Shown here: piece after piece, positions 28,619-32,000 of the stretch
Layout: each line of letters starts with the position of its first letter
Numbering within the stretch: the stretch's first letter is position 1
Source of the DNA: Promethearchaeota archaeon
Lineage (GTDB): Archaea > Asgardarchaeota > Hermodarchaeia > Hermodarchaeales > Hermodarchaeaceae
Reading direction: 5' to 3'
DNA length: 32,000 nucleotides
Assembly: GCA_048938295.1 (NCBI GenBank)
Contig: JBHLMI010000004.1
Span: 60,001-92,000, forward strand
Notes under the pieces: generated by a model
What the model saw: only the letters and a program-made list of their open reading frames with translations
Database searches by the model: none
Told to the model about the DNA's origin: nothing
Position numbers and translations under genes: made by a program

Positions 28619-28708
28619 AAGAAAAACACCTAGTGGACATTGAATTTACAAAGGTGGATAAAAACGCACTCCCTATTCAGTATTGATAAGCATATCTTCA
28701 AGCTTTGT

Positions 28709-29068
28709 TTAGCCAGGGAGAACAGGAATAAGAATCAAACCGATTAATCCAATTACGAGAAGCAAAACGCCAGTGACTAGAATCACCAAACCGCCCCGAG
28801 ATTGGTCACTGCGACGCTCTGAATAGTGTCGAACTGTATCTCGAGTGACTTGTGGGTTCACAGCATATCGGCCCAATGCTAAAGCCTCAAAGATAGGTGT
28901 TTGCAGACAGGCACCGAAAAGGAGCATAATAACGCCAAAGAAGAGAGCAACTATCGAAAATCCGTAAAGGGTCAGAACTTGGTAAACTAGGAAGGAAATG
29001 ACTATCACCAAGGCTAAACAAATAACCATCGAGATTGCTAATCTTTTCCCAAATGAGATCCAATCCAT
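28709..29068 (-). CDS. Small 3-TM membrane protein of unknown function
   Basis: Three hydrophobic segments. GAGGTT RBS 5 nt before ATG 29068. Confidence 0.75.
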   Translation of the reverse strand: MDWISFGKRLAISMVICLALVIVISFLVYQVLTLYGFSIVALFFGVIMLLFGACLQTPIFEALALGRYAVNPQVTRDTVRHYSERRSDQSRGGLVILVTGVLLLVIGLIGLILIPVLPG

Positions 29069-29159
29069 CACTGAACCTCAAGCTATGAAGGACAATTCAA
29101 GGTTAAAAAGTCACGGTGCACTGAATTGTTGTGAAATTAAGGTATTTTGAGATGCAATA

Positions 29160-29996
29160 TCAATGGTGACCGCACTTATGTTTGTATGCTTCTCGAGCAC
29201 GGGTTTCTTGGTCCTTGTAAGTATCTAGTCGAGTAATCAGCAAATTAAAATTAACTTCGTGGGCATTGAACTCTGGACCATCCACACAAGCGAACCTCAT
29301 GTCTCCACCAATATCCACTCGGCATGCCCCACACATACCTGTCCCGTCAACCATAATTGGATTGAGGCTACATTCGGTTTTGACTCCAAAGGGTTTAGTC
29401 GTTTCAGCTACGAATTTCATCATGATTGGCGGTCCGACGGTAAAGACATAATCGATTTTGCGAGCGGATTCAAGCAATTCCTTAAGCTTTGTGGTTACAA
29501 ATCCTTTCGTACCCTTAGAACCATCATCAGTGGTTATGTACAATTCATCACTGATTTGATTGAGTTCAAGTTCACAAACTAGTAGATCATCCTGACGAGC
29601 CCCAAGTATAGTAATAAGGTAATTTCCTGCTTCTTTGATTTGACGAGCCCTTGGAAGGGCAGGTGCAGCCCCACAGCCACCAGCTACCACCACGGCAGTT
29701 CCATAATGTTCTACGGTGGGAGCATGCCCCAAAGGACCGAGAATGTCCATGATAGCGTCACCTGGTTTTAGTTTGGCTAACTCCATCGTGGATTTGCCGA
29801 CCACTTGGAAGACAATGGTTACGGATCCTTTTTCGCTATCCCAATCTTTGAGGGTAAGGGGGATGCGTTCACCCTGATCATGTAATCGTAGAATTAAGAA
29901 TTGCCCTGGCCGGGCTTTAGCCGCGATATCCAATGCTTCTAAATCGAATTCGAAGATATCAGGGGCGATTTTCCGAGTCGCTAACACCTTGAACAT
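29160..29996 (-). CDS. sudB: NfnAB/SudAB small subunit (FAD/NAD-binding, [2Fe-2S])
   Basis: PGQFLILR, GERIPLT, GPLG, AGGCG, VGPPIMM, NPIMVDGTGMCGACRV and ACVDGPEF. ATG 29996 follows a GGAGTT RBS. Confidence 0.92.
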   Translation of the reverse strand: MFKVLATRKIAPDIFEFDLEALDIAAKARPGQFLILRLHDQGERIPLTLKDWDSEKGSVTIVFQVVGKSTMELAKLKPGDAIMDILGPLGHAPTVEHYGTAVVVAGGCGAAPALPRARQIKEAGNYLITILGARQDDLLVCELELNQISDELYITTDDGSKGTKGFVTTKLKELLESARKIDYVFTVGPPIMMKFVAETTKPFGVKTECSLNPIMVDGTGMCGACRVDIGGDMRFACVDGPEFNAHEVNFNLLITRLDTYKDQETRAREAYKHKCGHH

Positions 29997-30051
29997 GTAT
30001 ATAACTCCTTTATTTGGGACAGGGTTCAAGTTGGCGGGAGACTAGCAACTG

Positions 30052-30057
30052 TATAAA
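30052..30057 (-). promoter_or_regulatory. TATA box (TTTATA) for sudB
   Basis: Lies immediately after the upstream gene's stop and about 45 nt before the sudB RBS. Confidence 0.45.
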
Positions 30058-30063
30058 GATTCC

Positions 30064-30792
30064 TCACACCTCAATAGAGATTTTCAGACCATCAACGGTG
30101 TAAGGGTACGATTCATATGTTTTGGGATTGTATCGCCCACCCGCTTTTTTAACACGTATCAGCCGTTGATTATTTTCTCGATTCAGTTCAACAACAATCT
30201 GAGTGGTGTGTTCAATTGCTGCAAGGAACTCTTTATTATGAGCGTGTCTATTGATCGTCCAATAGGCCAATGTCTTGTATGCGTATAGTGCGGGGCAGAT
30301 ATGTCCAAAAAGGCTCCGAGCATTCTCCTGCCCCCACAAGATTTCCATTGCTGTGAGACTATTTATCACAAGGCGGGTTTCATCACCGATAAACTCCCTT
30401 TCGATGCGTCCAAAAAAGTGGTGAAACCTTTCAACTTCTCGTGACATGGGGACTTTGCGAATCCAAGATGGAGATTTGTCGTAAAAATCAGTAAAAACTA
30501 GTTCCCCGCGACCTCCTGATTCTGAAAAACAATCTAATACTAAGAGATGGTTCTCCCAACCAGAAGGAAGGGAACTAATTAAGGGTTTTAGAAATAGTAA
30601 CAAAGCTTGTGGCGGATATATGAAGTCCAGATAGATTACTTGCTTCTTTTCTTCAATTCCTTGTCGTAAGAAGTTTTGTAGGAATTCGTTGACGAAGGTT
30701 CCGGTTTCATATTCCCAAACGACGTTTTCTCCAAGGATAAGTCCTTCACCAAGAATTTCATCGAATTTTGGAATGCCTGTTGAACTACGCAT
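30064..30792 (-). CDS. KaiC/RecA-superfamily ATPase-fold protein with degenerate Walker motifs
   Basis: STGIPKFDEILGEGL N-terminus and RLIRVKKAGG C-terminus fit the KaiC/RAD55 fold. The Walker A position reads EYETGTFV and the Walker B position reads LVINS. Confidence 0.75.
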   Translation of the reverse strand: MRSSTGIPKFDEILGEGLILGENVVWEYETGTFVNEFLQNFLRQGIEEKKQVIYLDFIYPPQALLLFLKPLISSLPSGWENHLLVLDCFSESGGRGELVFTDFYDKSPSWIRKVPMSREVERFHHFFGRIEREFIGDETRLVINSLTAMEILWGQENARSLFGHICPALYAYKTLAYWTINRHAHNKEFLAAIEHTTQIVVELNRENNQRLIRVKKAGGRYNPKTYESYPYTVDGLKISIEV

Positions 30793-30813
30793 GAGTTCTC
30801 AACACATTCAATG

Positions 30814-30821
30814 AATATAAA
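30814..30821 (-). promoter_or_regulatory. TATA box (TTTATATT) for the pseudo-ATPase, leaderless
   Basis: Lies 22-29 nt upstream of ATG 30792. Confidence 0.55.
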
Positions 30822-30911
30822 CCGTGAATTAAATGTTTGATTGTTGTTTGATGTACATCCATGTACAAAGTGAACATAAGCTTTGAATAGTTGAACACTA
30901 TATTCTAACTT

Positions 30912-30942
30912 AACCAGGTGAAGTCACATGCTTAACCTGGTT
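30912..30942 (+). promoter_or_regulatory. Hairpin covering the GDH RBS and start codon
   Basis: AACCAGGT-G-AAG / loop TCACATG / CTT-A-ACCTGGTT. The RBS AGGTGA (30916-30921) lies in the stem and the ATG (30928) in the loop. Confidence 0.35.
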
Positions 30943-32000
30943 GAATTAACACCAATTGAATTGGGCTTGCAGAAGTTAATGGTCGACTTCTTCGCTGATA
31001 AGCCCGAGTATACAGCCGGACTGGATCGATTTACATCCGCTCATTATGCCTTAATGACGGCATTATCTGAAAATTACAAGGTTCCCTTTGCGACAACATC
31101 AATGGTTTTCGAACAACTTGCCATGAAGATTCGTCGGGCTGAATATGTGAATGTTGAATGTCCTGATGAGTCATTAGGAAATGGTTGCCTAACCCGTCAA
31201 GAACTTCAAATTCTGGGTGCCATGTTTGATTATTTTGCTGAACAACCCTCACATGCTGAGGCCAGCCTTCTTACAAATCGTCGTGAAGTCTTCATAGATT
31301 ACTTCAAATGGATTCACGGTGGCAATATTGAAGAAATCTCGGTCTGCTGCGGCCAAGTGATTGATCGATTACAGAGCGCAGTTTCTGCCACAATTCAAAC
31401 CCTTGATTCAGTGACACCCACTCCTAATCCATATGAAGCGGCTCTTGAGCAACTGGATCTCGCTGCCGAAAAATTGGGTTTAGACCCAGCCACTCATGAG
31501 GTTTTGCGTCATCCACAGAGAATTCTCATCGTAAATATTCCAGTTCACATGGACGATGGAACAGTTCGTGTTTTCACTGGATATCGTTCCCAGTACAATG
31601 ATGCACTGGGACCTACGAAAGGGGGGATTCGATATCATCCTGATACAACACTCGATGAAGTGATTGCCTTATCGGCGTGGATGACCTTCAAAACTGCTGT
31701 CGTGGGCTTACCTCTGGGTGGCGGTAAAGGCGGGATACGGTGTAATCCCAAAGAAATGTCATTGGGCGAGCTTGAACGTTTAACCCGGGGATATACCAGA
31801 GAACTGGTTCGATTTATCGGCCCACAGACAGACGTCCCTGCCCCTGACGTGTATACGGATGCACAGATAATGACATGGATAATGGACGAATATGCTGAAT
31901 GCACAGGTCTTTATTGTCCGGGTGTGGTTACAGGAAAACCTGTGGGGATTGGTGGCTCGAAAGGTCGAGAGGAAGCAACCTCACTAGGATTAGTCTTCAC
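30928..32000 (+). CDS. gdhA: Glu/Leu/Phe/Val (glutamate) dehydrogenase with a 165-aa N-terminal extension; 3'-truncated by the window
   Basis: Hand translation is open from ATG 30928 to the window end. The GDH core starts at NPYE (about 31426) and contains GYRSQYNDALGPTKGGIRYHP, MTFKTA, LGGGKGG, DVPAPD and VTGKP..GGS.GR.EAT. Confidence 0.93.
   Translation, partial: MLNLVELTPIELGLQKLMVDFFADKPEYTAGLDRFTSAHYALMTALSENYKVPFATTSMVFEQLAMKIRRAEYVNVECPDESLGNGCLTRQELQILGAMFDYFAEQPSHAEASLLTNRREVFIDYFKWIHGGNIEEISVCCGQVIDRLQSAVSATIQTLDSVTPTPNPYEAALEQLDLAAEKLGLDPATHEVLRHPQRILIVNIPVHMDDGTVRVFTGYRSQYNDALGPTKGGIRYHPDTTLDEVIALSAWMTFKTAVVGLPLGGGKGGIRCNPKEMSLGELERLTRGYTRELVRFIGPQTDVPAPDVYTDAQIMTWIMDEYAECTGLYCPGVVTGKPVGIGGSKGREEATSLGLVF

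Noticed and set aside
31031-31904. Two minus-strand ORFs (73 aa and 89 aa) at the window end
   Set aside because: Antisense to the GDH reading frame, which is the real gene here.
1-32000. CRISPR arrays, rRNA/tRNA genes, transposases, integrases
   Set aside because: No regularly spaced repeats, tRNA cloverleaf or T-loop signatures, or mobile-element motifs were seen on manual reading.

Overview
Gene-dense archaeal chromosomal segment. Evidence: AGGTGA/GGAGTG ribosome-binding sites, TATA boxes about 25 nt before leaderless starts, and an AfpA, MgtE-half and AOR gene content. An Asgard-type anaerobic heterotroph is plausible but is inference only. I found no rRNA, tRNA, CRISPR array or mobile element. 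Left to right: truncated membrane protein; GH3-family amido synthetase preceded by an unannotated 55-aa ORF; RimK-type ATP-grasp ligase; divergent inositol-1-phosphate synthase paralogue; Nudix hydrolase; AfpA and Isf flavoproteins; ABC exporter; two MFS transporters; KAS III-like enzyme; unannotated 53-aa Cys/His microprotein; GH5 endoglycoceramidase-like hydrolase; DinB protein; acyl-CoA synthetase; alpha/beta hydrolase; orphan polytopic membrane protein; two MgtE-domain proteins. Next come the two NfnAB/SudAB subunit genes, separated by about 6 kb that holds a small membrane gene and an SCP2 / 2-hydroxyacid dehydrogenase / LsrK-like kinase / class II aldolase / AOR operon. The window ends with a KaiC/RecA-fold pseudo-ATPase and, divergent from it, a glutamate dehydrogenase with a 165-aa N-terminal extension made of two ~80-aa repeats. 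That GDH is missing from the ORF track because it runs off the window end. All family calls come from motif recognition by eye; no database searches were run.
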